Shown here: piece after piece, positions 1 to 11,903 of the stretch
How positions within the stretch are numbered: the first letter of the stretch is position 1
Layout of the letters: each line of letters begins with the position of its first letter
From: Asterionella formosa
Lineage: Eukaryota
DNA: 36,754 nt
Assembly: GCA_002256025.1 (NCBI GenBank)
Contig: NKIB01015284.1
Coordinates: 1-36,754, forward strand
Reading direction: 5' to 3'
Position numbers and translations under genes: made by a program
The notes under the pieces: model-generated
What the model was told of the DNA's origin: nothing
Seen by the model: only the letters and a program-made list of their open reading frames with translations
The model's database searches: none

Positions 1-243
1 CAATGGGGTGGACTTTGATCATTGCTTTGTTCAAAGCACAATCAATTCGAATGCTGTCCAGTGAAACAGCCAATGAAAACAATTGTGGCGAAAAAGCGCA
101 GAACAGATCAAGAGATTTCATAGGAATTAAAATAACAGGGCATACATGATGCACTGCTCCTTGTGTAGAATAGCTTTATTTGATCATTTCCATATTTCAT
201 ACTATACAGGTGCATGGATGACTCCTCCAGCCCTTTCATTAGA

Positions 244-420
244 TATGCAGCCATGTTGCGATAATTCTACAGGACGACCTATACTAGGATTGGTAGTCTG
301 GTGGTCATCATTTCCGCATTGTATATACCAGTAGGAGTCATGTATGCATAGATGCTGCGATAATTCTTACAAGACATAAAAATTTGGTAGCTTGGGGGTT
401 ATCACTTCCGTATTGTATAC
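244..420. repeat. Diverged tandem duplication, period ~99 bp
   Basis: tgcgataattct at 257 and 356; ttggtagtctggtggtcatcatttccgcattgtata vs ttggtagcttgggggttatcacttccgtattgtata. Confidence 0.75.
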
Positions 421-448
421 AGGGGGAGGAAGGGGTTGCATGCATGAG

Positions 449-2404
449 CAACTACTCCGGTAAAAACTATGATCTTTAATCGATGATTCTTGATTCGTTT
501 ATTCTATAACTTTGATCATAACATATTGATCATATGATGAACGGTGTCGTTGATGAGAAAATGAACGATCAACATTTATTTTCAAGAATCAGGATCAATT
601 GATATTAAAAATATGATCAAATGATCCTAAACACATGAGCATATTCAGTTTTCCGCTGCACAATTGTGGTATTTCCATGATGGAAATAATTACCAGCAAT
701 TATACAGGACTATCGGTAGGCCGTATGAATTTTGGTCAATATGTCTATATACATAAATGTATGATTTCGACCATTTGAAAAATAGGTGATGATTCCCGTT
801 TATTAAGGGGCTTAATTAAATCAGCCACTGACTTGTACGTACAAGAATTGACACAACAAAAATTGAAAAGACTCAACAGGTCGTGGAAAACTATGAACTC
901 ATCATGCATTGTATATATTTGAATTATGTATAATCAAAATTGATGAAAGTATACAAAGGATGTGCCGTATTATGAGTGTGTTTCAAACTATGCAAATGTT
1001 CAACTAGCTATATATACATATAAACTTCTTACAAATCTTTATATATATGTATTCATGGCTGAAACATTTGAAATCATGTTTTCATGTTCCTTGTCATGCA
1101 TACTACACTTTGCTCCTGAATTGAAGGATTAACACAGATTATGACGCCGAAAACGAAAGTGATAATACAGCACAAAGAACCTTGCGGCTTAGCAGAGAAG
1201 GGCGGAATCAATTGATGGTAAGTCAAGAGCAAATGCCTTTCATGTTCCTTGTCATGCTGCATCCAATTCCTGAAATGAAGGATCTCAAGCAACACATGAT
1301 GCGAAAAACTGAAGTGACAATACAGCACGATAAGAATGAGTGAATATGATGGGCGGAATCAACAAGCTGTGCATTGTATCACGGTTTGTCAAGAGCAAAT
1401 GCCAAGATGATCAATTGTTGAGATTACAATTACGGAATGACTCGTCCCCTTGCTTTCAGTGATTCAATAGCTCCTTTTCGATTTGGTGACTGGTGGCCAA
1501 CCATCAATGGCTGTGGACAAAAGAAATCGGTAAGTGCTGCCTATCAGCCATCTTTGGATCAATCTACAACTGATAGAAAAACTGACACATATGTGTTGCT
1601 TCTTTCAGGATACTGGTAGACAAACAGTAATTGTAAGTTACAAACAGCAGTGTTGGAGCCCATTTATTGATCGATACTTTGCTTCTCATTCAATCTTCGA
1701 CTGACACATTCTTCTACAGAAATATGCATCAGTTACTTCCTCAATTTGTGGTAAGTGAAAGCAGATAGAAGCGAAATGCATGTTGTTGTGTAAGCAAAAC
1801 ATGAACAGCTAACAATGAATTGCTTCTCTTTGTTAGTATGGCTGATTGGAACAACGAAACGGATTAAATAGTAATAGGAAAATGCGTGAATACAAACTCA
1901 GAACAACCCTCAGGAGTAAATGAAACAAAGCAAGCAGGGGAACAACGGCAAGGCAACCAGTACTACAACAACAACCTTCAGAATTGGATTGGGGGAGGGG
2001 GAGGTGGAAGTGAAAGCGGCACCAACAATCATTGCGATGAGAGCATTGTAGAACATTCTGTAGCCACTTAAGATATGATAGAATCATAGAACCATTCTTA
2101 GCTAAATATAGTTCTAAATTTCGATCAATTTCATCCTATTTTAGACAGTGATATCGATGAGAATTACGATCATGCTAAGATAGATGTTTAACTAATTATA
2201 TGATGCAATGGTATTATAACTATGATAGTCTCATCATCCTTCAAGCTCGGTAAAAGTTTACTGCATGATCATAATTATATGATACATTGATCATATTTTT
2301 GATCGAAAAACTATCATATATATGTGAAAATCCTGTGCCACTTAGCGTACGATACCCTTGATCATATTTTCATGATATTTTTTATTTACAGACGTACTGT
2401 AGTG
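449..2404. mobile_element. Putative non-autonomous TIR element, CACTA/EnSpm-like
   Basis: Starts CAACTAC (449) and ends GTAGTG (2404). Both ends are dense in TGATCA/ATGATC motifs. aaaaatatgatcaa (607-620) is the exact reverse complement of ttgatcatattttt (2287-2300). No clear TSD and no transposase. Confidence 0.4.
1080..1403. repeat. Diverged tandem duplication, period ~158 bp
   Basis: ttcatgttccttgtcatgc at 1081 and 1239. gggcggaatcaa, aatacagcac and gtcaagagcaaatgcc each occur twice in register. Confidence 0.8.
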
Positions 2405-4897
2405 TAGCATGTTGCATCCTGTGAAAGTGTCAAATCTCGCCCCTCGCAACTTTGTTGTTTTGAATTGTCCATCGTCTAATCTATGTAATGAAATGCGCCA
2501 TCAGCAACTTCAATTTCTGTTGTCAATATTAGTGTTGTTACATTTTTTTTGTGATTTTATGGCCCCTCTATTATCCGGGTAATTGTCATTTTGTTTTCAG
2601 CCCTTTTCCAAGTTTTGACGTTTGCGTTTAGACGAAATAATAATTATTTACGACATTAACAAGTCGTGATGCTGTCGATTCAAAGAAAGAGTTGATGAGT
2701 TGCACAACCACTTTACCGAACCATGAGGTAGGTGTGTTCCGTTTGTACCAGGTAGCTACATACGAAAAATTCTACACACGAGTGTAGGGAGAAACGGAAT
2801 CCAGAATCAGCTTGGTTGTAATGCTTGATGTCGAAATCGAGCATCACATCATCAGCATATCACACCTTTATATATTGCAGCTGGTACGATGATGCATGTC
2901 TCACCAGTGCACATAGGGAAGTAAGTATATTTTGTGAGGGAGTATACGGTCATTTATTGTGGTTGGGTTAAAAATGGAACAGCAATAATTCATTTGGACG
3001 CTGTAACTGTATAAAATCATACACTATTCCTCTTAACTATTACCTGTACTATAGAATTCCCATGGATAAATGCTTTTCTTCCTTGCAAAGGAGCAACACC
3101 AGCAATGTATGCAATCTCGCTCAACTGATTATGGCAGTATGATATATAATGCTGATTGTTACCATTATTTACCACCATTTTGTCTACTACTGCAGAGAAT
3201 ATTCTTGCCATCCATAGCTCGAGAAGCTCATCATCGTGGCTCCTCAAAACCTTTGTTGAAAAAAGTGACAGATCTCTTGTCTTGGTGATGGCCTGGAAAC
3301 AACTTATATTTTCAACAGCTGTATTGAATTGACATGAATACATTCCAAGTGCAAAGATTAGACAGATGACCATTGGATAGGGATAAGCACCAGGCCTCGC
3401 CTGGTCACCTTTAAATTTTTATCGCTCAAAAATGGTTTTTTGGCATTCACAATGGCCATTGCAATGGCCATCACTAACCTTCTCTTCTCCTTGTTCCTAC
3501 CTGTGATCTTGTAGATTGCTTGTTCACTGCTGGTTCAAGAATTGTAACATTTGGACTTATAGAATGAGTTGATGGTTCCTCGAGGGCACTCATTCCAACT
3601 TAGTTTTGAGCGATTTAACATTGGTTGTCAAGGCAAGCACCAGCAAACATCTTGAAATTCCAAAGGAAAATGCACTGGACATTAGGTATGAGAAAGAGGA
3701 ATGAACCATGACAAGTTTGATGAACCTCAAAGCTACTAAGGAAGATAATTAATGCTAGAATATCATTAAAAGATACATTAGTAAGTGGAAAGGATTGGTA
3801 AGTTCAATTATATAGCACCATTATGAATCATATTGCTGTGGTTGAGAACATGTACTTTGCAACAAGTATAGCGAAGTATGTATGGCCAATAGTGGAGACC
3901 AAAATGCAATGCATTAAAGATTTAATTGCCTTCCTTTTTTCCTTCCTCCAAAGATGTTTTTAAACAGAAATTATAGTGGTACATCAAAAATGTTGAGCAC
4001 ACTCAATTTCACAAAATGAATTTGCGTGGGTACTTCTTCCTATTTCAGCAAACTGTAAAGGAGGACCAATATTCCCCATAACATCATCCTTGTATCCTTG
4101 ATTGATGCAAGGCATTCTCTTGTCGATACAAAAATCAATTGTCGCAATTCCAAGACTCTCTTATCAATTGAACCATTTTAAATTACTTCCAAATGGATCA
4201 AATTCTTCTTGTACTTTTTTTGAAACCTGTAGATATCTTTCTCCTTCTTGTTTTTTGGTTGAAACTTGTAGACAGTTTTCACCTTGGCAAGCTTTTGGCA
4301 ATTCTGAAAAATTGCTTCTTCATGTTCAGACATGGGTGTTGGATTTATGCTGACGGTCAAGGATTAACTTCAGTGCCTTGCTTTGTTAGTCTTATCATTC
4401 GTCGTGTTTCTTTCTATTTGTTCTTCCTTCATCACTGAACATCAATTGCAAGTTTCCAACAAGCTCATGGAACATGGAACAAATGGCACTACCTGTCACC
4501 AAGAACATCTGGGACTCAATGAGGAAGGCATCATTGCTGGTCAATCATAGTAATAGCAAGGCATGATGGTGAAGATCAAACAATGACAAACAGAGGTATC
4601 ATCATGGTGAGTGAAGCAATCAAGTGTGAGGCTGTGGCTCAGTGTATATGACATGTATTTGTCATGAGATTCATGATGATTAATTATTATTAACAAGTTA
4701 TATGTTCATTCATATATTTAATGAAGAGGAAATGAACGACATCAACTAGGACAACTCTACTAGGACGACTCTATTTTTATGTATGCAAAACAAATATTGT
4801 AGAACAAGATACTGGTACGACGGGCCGGTCCTTACCTGATGTACTTCGGGGGCGCACGAAGCCATAATTTGGATCGAAGTGCTGTATCCTACCGCTA

Positions 4898-4946
4898 GGT
4901 ACCAGGTACAAGGTACCAGGTACACCAGGCACGAGGGTCTACCGGT
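4898..4946. promoter_or_regulatory. (GGTACCW)n heptamer cluster upstream of the gene at 5837
   Basis: GGTACCA GGTACAA GGTACCA GGTACAC CAGGCAC. The repeat is seen directly; a regulatory role is inference. Confidence 0.5.
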
Positions 4947-5405
4947 ATCGTGAGAGACCACACATGTACCACAGCCAAGTCCTTGTCTTTTTGCTTGGTG
5001 ACACTGGTTCCTACGGGTATGTAGTTGACAATCGCCCATGCACACATGATACTTATGTAATTTGCATCGAAGTGCATAAACACAGATTCCATCAGGACAA
5101 CTGCTCCATGTGTAAAATGCCACGAGAAAACAACTACCAGAAAAAAACGGCCGTTCGGCCGGTTTGATCAAACTTCACTCCAAGTTCAACATAGAAGTAC
5201 TAGATATACCGTGTTAAATTGTAAACTGGGAATGAACGGAAGTTCAGACTTGGGCCCAAAAACCGGCCTTCTGTCCGAACATTTCTACGAAAATCAGCGT
5301 AAGTGTCCGGTTGATGTCTGATGATGACGTTCTTTGTTCATCCTTTTTGAGCGCCTGTCCTGCGTCACATTGTTCATTCAGCAAAATGCATTACCGCAAC
5401 TTGGA

Positions 5406-5476
5406 GGTACCAGGTACCTGGTACCACTGTACATGAATTATTTTCAAGGAGAGGGAGGTACCAGGTACCAGGCACA
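5406..5476. promoter_or_regulatory. (GGTACCW)n heptamer cluster upstream of the gene at 5837
   Basis: GGTACCA GGTACCT GGTACCA (5406-5426) and GGTACCA GGTACCA GGCAC (from 5457). Confidence 0.55.
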
Positions 5477-5836
5477 ATGCATGAGCGAAGCAATTTGTTG
5501 AACCCGCACCGGTACGTGGCTTATATTCTGGTGGATACATACTGTGAATGTACATAAATAGCAACGTAGACAATGACACATTGTTGACGTCAAGGAATAC
5601 GTCGACAGAGCAAAATGGCTGTTGTTCTCGGATACGCACACCAGTAGTAAGCAGCAGCCCCTTCTTGCACTACGTGGGTACCAGTATATGCAGTTCATCA
5701 TATTGCTCATTGTTGCTCTTTGTTTTGAGAAACGGCGAACAAATACATATTAGCTACAGTTCCTATAAGAACGATCTACCGGACGTCAATTCCATCACAA
5801 CCTCTATTTGCGTCATAAGAAGTGATAACAAGAACA

Positions 5837-7987
5837 ATGGAAACCAAGCGAAAGGCCTTGAATGTGCCGCTGCAATGGCATCCCAAGCTTGTGACAGCTC
5901 TTCTGTTGTCCTTCTTTTGTTCTGGCGTCGTATCCTTCGTGAATCCTACTCGCACTGGCGCTGCCCGGTCTCGTTCGACTTTCATCACCAATCACGTGAG
6001 ATCACCAATGCTCATTATGTCCATTGCCCCGGCGAAGAATCGCTTTTGGTCGGTTTTCAAGCGCAACAAGCATGACGACACCAAGCAAGGAAATTCTCGT
6101 GCCTCTGTCAAGCTCCAAGTCACAGTGACAAAGGAGACCCCCGCTCAGTCCATTCAGGAGACGAAGAAGCCGCGCACTAGCAAATTGAACGCCTTCTTCG
6201 CCCGCATCAATCCTGTTAAGATCGTTCAAGGTGGTCGAGCCAAGACGCAAGGATCCCCTGCGATTGGGTTGAGGAAGCAGCATCAAGAACCAACGCTAGT
6301 CGTAATACCAGCACCACTTCAACAAGATCTCTCCCCATTTGAATCATTCAAAGAAAGCTTATATGATTCAGTGGACAGCCTTTCGAATCTCATGACGAGC
6401 AGCGCTGCGGAGACATCGCCGACTGAAGGCGCGACCGTTTCCAAGCCCTTGCTCAAGCCATCAATTGTGGCTTTGATCGAAGTCAAGCAAGCCAAGGAAG
6501 CCATGCCTGACCCAGCATCGACTAATCCTTTGAAACGAGCTCTTGCCGAACTTGCTATCGGTAATAGAAATCCGCAGCGTATCGTTGAACCAAACAAGGT
6601 GGGGCCGTTTTCATCGTTCAAGAATGGATTTTACGGTTTAGTGGATTTCTTGGAGACATTCGTCCAAGTCGTCACTACTATTCCTGAACGAGTGATGGAG
6701 GCAGCCGATGCAGCCAAAGTTGCAGCGATGGCTTCTTATAAATGGGCTGCTTCTGTTCCTCTTGTCCTTGAAGAATCAGTCGCCTTTGTAACCTCCCTTC
6801 CAATGGAAGTGGAAAAGAAAGTCAAGGAAACTCAGCAGTCTTTTGATGATAAAGTACAGGTCACTCAACAGTCTATCGACGCTACTGTACAGGCCACTCA
6901 ACTCTTTATTGAGGAATTTCAGGCCATTCCTGAGACAGTTCAGAAATCTGTGACTGCTGTTCAAAACTCGATGGATGGAACGCGCGCAAGGGTTGCGTCG
7001 ATGTCTGATGTCTTCGAAGAAGCAGCTGCCTTTGTGACCTCATTTCCAACGAAAGTCGAAACGTCAGTTCAAGAAACTCAGCAGTCTATTGAAGATGCAG
7101 TTCAGGCCACTCAACTCTTCGTTGAGGAAGTTCAGGCCATTCCCGAAACAGTTCAAAATTCTGTGATCGTGGCTCAAAACTCGATTGATCAAACTCTAAC
7201 GAAGGTTGCATCTGTTCCCGTTGTGCTTGAAGAATCGGTTGCTTTTGTATCCGCTCTTCCAATGGAAGCCGAAAAGATAGTCAAGGAAACTCAGCAGTCG
7301 ATTGTTGATACAGTTCAAGCCACTCAGCAGTCTGTCGAAGCCACTGTTCAGGCCACGCAACTCTTTGTGGAGGAAGTTCAAGCCATTCCTGAGACACTTC
7401 AAAAGTCGGTGACTGCAGTTCAAAACTCACTTGATGAAACCCTTACAACTATCAAGGTACTGGTAGGAACAGAAGAAAGGAAACCAGTACCTCCAAAGGT
7501 GCCTCCACCTTTTCCTGAACCGGTTCCTGTCTCAGACATGGTATGGAATATGGCTGCAGCTACCGCCAGTGTCTCCGCCAAAGCAGCCTTGTCAGTGGGG
7601 ACTGGTGCTATCCAACTGGCTTGGAAAGGCACTCAATTGGCCTTTTCCTCGTTATCCAAGGGCAAAGCCGTCAGCAGTGTAGCCGTTCCCAACCCTCCAC
7701 TCAAGATGGAAATTAAGGATGTAAGCGTGGATTTGGACAAGGAGATTTCAGCAGCCTTGGAAGTTGCTGACGCTGCCCTGATGGGTACGACGAAGGCCTT
7801 GGATTTAGAAGTGATGGACGCTTTGCGCCTTGCCGAAGTTGCTTTGCAAAAAGCTAATGACGGACCCTCTTATTCCAACTCAGGGATTGACGCTTCTCTT
7901 CGTCTTGCCAAGGAAGCTGCACTTCGAGCTACCATTGACGTGGCTAGTATGGAAAAAACTCTTAAGAACTCGACATTAACTCCATGA
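5837..7987 (+). CDS. Hypothetical protein (~716 aa), probable bipartite plastid targeting, apolipoprotein/perilipin-like amphipathic tandem repeats
   Basis: Long uninterrupted ORF with first ATG at 5837. Hydrophobic LVTALLLSFFCSGVVS followed by F-VNP and a Ser/Thr/Arg-rich stretch (ASAF-like). Three internal repeats of 82/71/82 aa. Confidence 0.85.
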   Translation: METKRKALNVPLQWHPKLVTALLLSFFCSGVVSFVNPTRTGAARSRSTFITNHVRSPMLIMSIAPAKNRFWSVFKRNKHDDTKQGNSRASVKLQVTVTKETPAQSIQETKKPRTSKLNAFFARINPVKIVQGGRAKTQGSPAIGLRKQHQEPTLVVIPAPLQQDLSPFESFKESLYDSVDSLSNLMTSSAAETSPTEGATVSKPLLKPSIVALIEVKQAKEAMPDPASTNPLKRALAELAIGNRNPQRIVEPNKVGPFSSFKNGFYGLVDFLETFVQVVTTIPERVMEAADAAKVAAMASYKWAASVPLVLEESVAFVTSLPMEVEKKVKETQQSFDDKVQVTQQSIDATVQATQLFIEEFQAIPETVQKSVTAVQNSMDGTRARVASMSDVFEEAAAFVTSFPTKVETSVQETQQSIEDAVQATQLFVEEVQAIPETVQNSVIVAQNSIDQTLTKVASVPVVLEESVAFVSALPMEAEKIVKETQQSIVDTVQATQQSVEATVQATQLFVEEVQAIPETLQKSVTAVQNSLDETLTTIKVLVGTEERKPVPPKVPPPFPEPVPVSDMVWNMAAATASVSAKAALSVGTGAIQLAWKGTQLAFSSLSKGKAVSSVAVPNPPLKMEIKDVSVDLDKEISAALEVADAALMGTTKALDLEVMDALRLAEVALQKANDGPSYSNSGIDASLRLAKEAALRATIDVASMEKTLKNSTLTP
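6749..7453 (+). repeat. Three coding tandem repeats (246/213/246 nt)
   Basis: Units begin ASVPLVLEES (6749), ASMSDVFEEA (6995) and ASVPVVLEES (7208). All share VQATQLFxEExQAIPET. Confidence 0.9.
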
Positions 7988-8399
7988 TGAGGTTCCCTGT
8001 GCCCTTTCCTTTTTCTCGAACTCGTAAATTTCTTCATTACATAATTCAAAGGACTATTTAGCATATTTGATATCCATTTTACACAACTTGTTGATTGAAA
8101 TTCCCTTCAGATTTATGTAGGGTGGTACAGATAACCAATATCTTCATATCCATATTATGGTTGATCTTCAGATATAACATTTCGAATCTTTTCGATGAAC
8201 CTTGAAAATCAGTCCAATTTTTTGTATCGCAAACTCTTACCAGTTTTGTGCATCTAGTTCCAGATTCAACATAAGGATAAACTATTCTTTTTTGTATATT
8301 CAGCATATATTCTAAAATCAATTTTGTTGCCCACGACACTGCTTTTATTCCAGGTGGTCACAATTGACACAATTTTTTGCAGCAGGCATCCCTGCAAGT

Positions 8400-9420
8400 A
8401 GCAGTCATTTTGCTGAAATTGATTACGTGATACAGGACAGGCTTTTGAATACATTAAAAATGTCATCAATTTACTCTTTAAAATCGTCTGTGTTATGATC
8501 ACCACTTCGTGACATAGGTTTATGCTAGCTAGTTGTGCCATTATGAGCGACTTTTCATGAATGTTCTTATGCAATTGCAGTGTGCTTTTTCTTTAGCATG
8601 GCATCGTTGCATTCAGCACCATTCTCATAATACCCCCCAACATTAACACAGTTCCATCAATGGATACTCTCAACATTCTTAGGCTGCATTGTATCTTAAT
8701 CACCATTTCAGTGTCAATTCTGGCAGCCATGAGTTCTGAGTCATTTGTTGAATATTCTACAGATTTTTGTCTCTATATCTACTTCCATGATACCAGTAAC
8801 TGACCTTCTGAGTCATTTGTTGAATATTCTACAGATTTTTGTCTCTATATCTACTTCCATGATACCAGTAACTGACCTTGATGTCAATTGATCAGCATGT
8901 GCATGGTCTGCATCTACTTAGCCAAGAAGTGCAATGTGAACTTTGTACTCCACTGGATGACATAAATTCATTACATTTCATTTACAACAAAATACCCATC
9001 ACTTAACATATACATACATCATATCTCAACTCCAACATATCTAGACTACTTAAACTTTGTAGTTCCATTTGTACAGCCATAATGCGTGTCATTATATGCT
9101 GAATTTCACAAACCATCTCCCGCCCCAGTACAGCTGCAATGTCAAAGATGATCATCACCTCCCAGATGAGGCAACCACAGGGAAAAGGACGAGCAGCCGA
9201 ACAAATCAAGACTTCCACTTCTTTGCCAAAATGTTGACTTGTGTAGTGCTGTAGCAATATAGATGCAACACACAATTCTGACACCACATGCAATCATTGC
9301 TCCAACGCTTTCAGCTCAAATGGCTGGTGGCACCCAGAGCCAAAGGGTTTGATCTCACACCAGCATCATCACTGCTCTGCAATATTTCTTTTTGCCAAGA
9401 GCCCTCTTAGCATTTAATCA
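8400..9420 (-). mobile_element. Degenerate Ty1/copia (CoDi-like) RT-RNase H relic
   Basis: Minus-strand translation across stops and frameshifts gives VDADHAHADQLTSRSVTGI ... RQKSVEYSTNDSELMAARIDTEMV ... LRMLRVSIDG ... LKKKHTAIA, which matches copia RNase H motifs. Boundaries approximate. Confidence 0.85.
8734..8877. repeat. Perfect 72-bp tandem duplication inside the copia relic
   Basis: 8734-8805 is identical to 8806-8877 (ttctgagtcatttgttgaatatt...gtaactgacc). Confidence 0.95.
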
Positions 9421-9552
9421 TGCAAGGGCATAGAAATAACAAATGCTGGTTTAGGAACCACAAAAGAAAGAAAAATTGGCAAAACCTTTGAATTACCGGT
9501 ATTCTAGTAAAAGTCAGTAACCAAGTTAAAAACTGGTGTTGTTATGGAAGTA

Positions 9553-9582
9553 GGTACCATGGTACCATAAGGTACAAAGGAC
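9553..9582. repeat. GGTACC-rich cluster
   Basis: ggtaccatggtaccataaggtacaaaggacc. Confidence 0.55.
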
Positions 9583-9663
9583 CTGCAAGTTGTGGTCATT
9601 TGCTTTACCAAAACTGACAATGCGGCACCACACAACAGACACTCAAATTCAACTCCTACTGAA

Positions 9664-11579
9664 GGCAATACACGCCCGAGGTGGTCTCTTGCCTGCAAGC
9701 ACACATGTATACGAAAAGGCAAGTAGCCGCCAAGAAGGGTAATGTTGAGGCAATTCACAAACTAGCTATCGTCGCGTCATTCGCTTACCTACTGCCCACA
9801 AATGAAGCATAAATATCAATTTTAGCCTACTATTGCCCATCAGACGCCAATTGCCCCTCGGTTTTCCAGCCCTGGGATTGCCGAAATCCGCAAGGGGTCT
9901 ACTTAGGGAAACCATTTTATATAATCCACAGATTTTAATAATTTATATCTAAAATTCACCTCGTTTTTGTTCTTCTCCTGAAAAGTGGACTCCGGCAACT
10001 CACCTTTCACCATGCCGATTGTCATCCATCATGACCGGTTTGAAGCGAAATCAGTTTAGTGATGGTGCCAGTAGCGATTTGTTGTCGAACGGATGCGGTT
10101 GGTTGTTGGATTGCTTGTCTTCTCGAGGGATTCATGTAGTCGCATCATCCAAATTTCATCAGACAAACGATGATAGCACTACATCTAATGTTGGTGGCAA
10201 GTTTATGCTCAGGTTATGCATGTGATGATGCTGCCTAACCTGTAATGTTAGTCATCTAGCCTACATACTACGTAGTACGTGGTACTGAAAAACCATGCAT
10301 AGTTTAAGCTAAACTTTAACGCTTACTTTGAACATGGCCGTTATAATATTATCTCTGTAGACTCGGTATTATTTTTACGAGACCAGAATATTAAATTATA
10401 TTATTCACATATTGATTGATTTTACATATGTATGCCCGATTTCGTCCTCACAATTATAAATCTCACTCTATCCTGCCTGCCATTCTTGCTCAATTCTAGC
10501 TTGCAACAGGAACTTTCGACTTTCTTTTGAGCCCATCGTCTGCTGCGTGTTATGTTTGTTAGAGCGGACCGGTGAGTACAACAGTCAAACACTGAATGTG
10601 ATCATAGATACGATTGTCGAATTTCCGATTTGATTGCTTCCATGGTCCATTTTGATCGCTTCCATCGTTGTTTGTCGTTCCACCTTGTCGTTTTGTTTCG
10701 ATAGTATGTATCTATATAAGAACCAGTGGTTTTCCCGATGACTACTCTTTGACGACGTATTGTTGTTGATCGTATTTGTTGATTTGTATATTTGTTTACC
10801 ATGATGTCAATATTGCCGCCAAGCAATGCTTTTCTTGTTCTAACGCACTTTGCTACATTTCTACTACGAGTTCGTATCAGAAGCTACATGAATAATCAGC
10901 TAGAGAGAGTCAATAGTGCTGGAGCAGCATGGCGATCACGCTTGCTCAGAATGGAATGATCAGGGTTGCTTGTTTGGTGCTGGGCGGAGGAATGACTGTG
11001 GCGGAAATACTGCTATGGTGTCAGGCTACTACAGCGATGCGCATGGTTGCAGCAACCAGACCATTAACGCTACATCACTATGCAGGTCTAAATTGGGTTC
11101 AGCTTTTTTCTTCTTCTTTTGGTCTTCGATTGTGTGGTGATGGAAAGTCAATGTTGCCAGTGTAAGTACACTACAATGATATTCACAATGCATGCTACAC
11201 AATGATTCACAATGCATACTATGTTTCCATTGAAACTCCTATTTTTTAAACTTCATTTCTGACCCAAAACAATCTTTTCTATTTCTTATTTGATGCAACT
11301 TATTACATTGCATTTCATACTTTGGTTGCTCCAAACATCATGTTCAATTTTCATTGATGTTGCATGTTACAATCATTCTCGTGTGTTTTACGCCTGTTGT
11401 ACCATCTCTATGTATTTTACCGTTTTTCTGGTTGTCATGCTAAAATCGGCAATTTTGATCCCGAAAATTCGATGTACCCCATATTGCCCCTGAAACAAAT
11501 TACCTATTAAATTACTTAGAGCCTAAAACTTACTTAGAAGTACCCGAATGACAAGACGATTGCTGGAGCGGGAATTGCT
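9664..11579. mobile_element. ~1.9 kb dispersed repeat, copy 1; probable non-autonomous TIR DNA transposon
   Basis: Colinear and highly similar to 17441-19447. Imperfect TIR: GGCAATACACGCCCGAG at the left end vs the reverse complement of the right end (GGCAATTCCCGCTCCAG in copy 2). Many subterminal GGCAAT/ATTGCC motifs. No intact ORF. Confidence 0.8.
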
Positions 11580-11733
11580 GTAAAATATATGTACATTGAT
11601 TGAAATGAGAAATAGCTGTCAGTTTCAAGCAGGACCAATTAATTATATTAAATCAAACAACGTTTGTGCACTATGAATATTGTTCCAGTACCGTACTTTA
11701 CATGGAGCCAGAGTAAATTTTACAATAAAACAA

Positions 11734-11842
11734 GGATACCGGTACTGTGGTACCAGGTAGTCGTAGGAAAACCACATTCCGGTACATCGTCATCACCTGG
11801 TACCTGGTACTCCCACCATGTAACAGGTACTACCTGGTAACC
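11734..11842. promoter_or_regulatory. (GGTACCW)n cluster directly upstream of IF2
   Basis: ggataccggtactgtggtaccaggtag ... cacctggtacctggtac ... caggtactacctggtaacc, ending ~60 bp before the ATG at 11904. Confidence 0.55.
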
Positions 11843-11903
11843 GTTGTATGCACAAAGAAGCAACTTACGACAACATCACATTGCTCACTTCACACCACAC
11901 ACG

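Noticed and set aside
3000..4440. Short ORFs and a stop-riddled minus-strand frame
   Set aside because: Looks like a decayed CpG-poor relic, but no motif was recognised, so no family call is supportable.
4746..5710. ORFs rich in WYLVP/YQVPGT peptides (also at 11747, 16981, 23408)
   Set aside because: These peptides are just translations of the GGTACCW repeat, not a protein family.
5822..5836. GTG start for the 721-aa ORF (and TTG start at 11844 for IF2)
   Set aside because: Eukaryotic context; the first ATGs at 5837 and 11904 give plausible targeting peptides.
10019..11493. Short ORFs shared by both 2 kb repeat copies
   Set aside because: Starts, stops and frames differ between copies and no domain is recognisable. 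Similarity reflects the repeat, not coding constraint.
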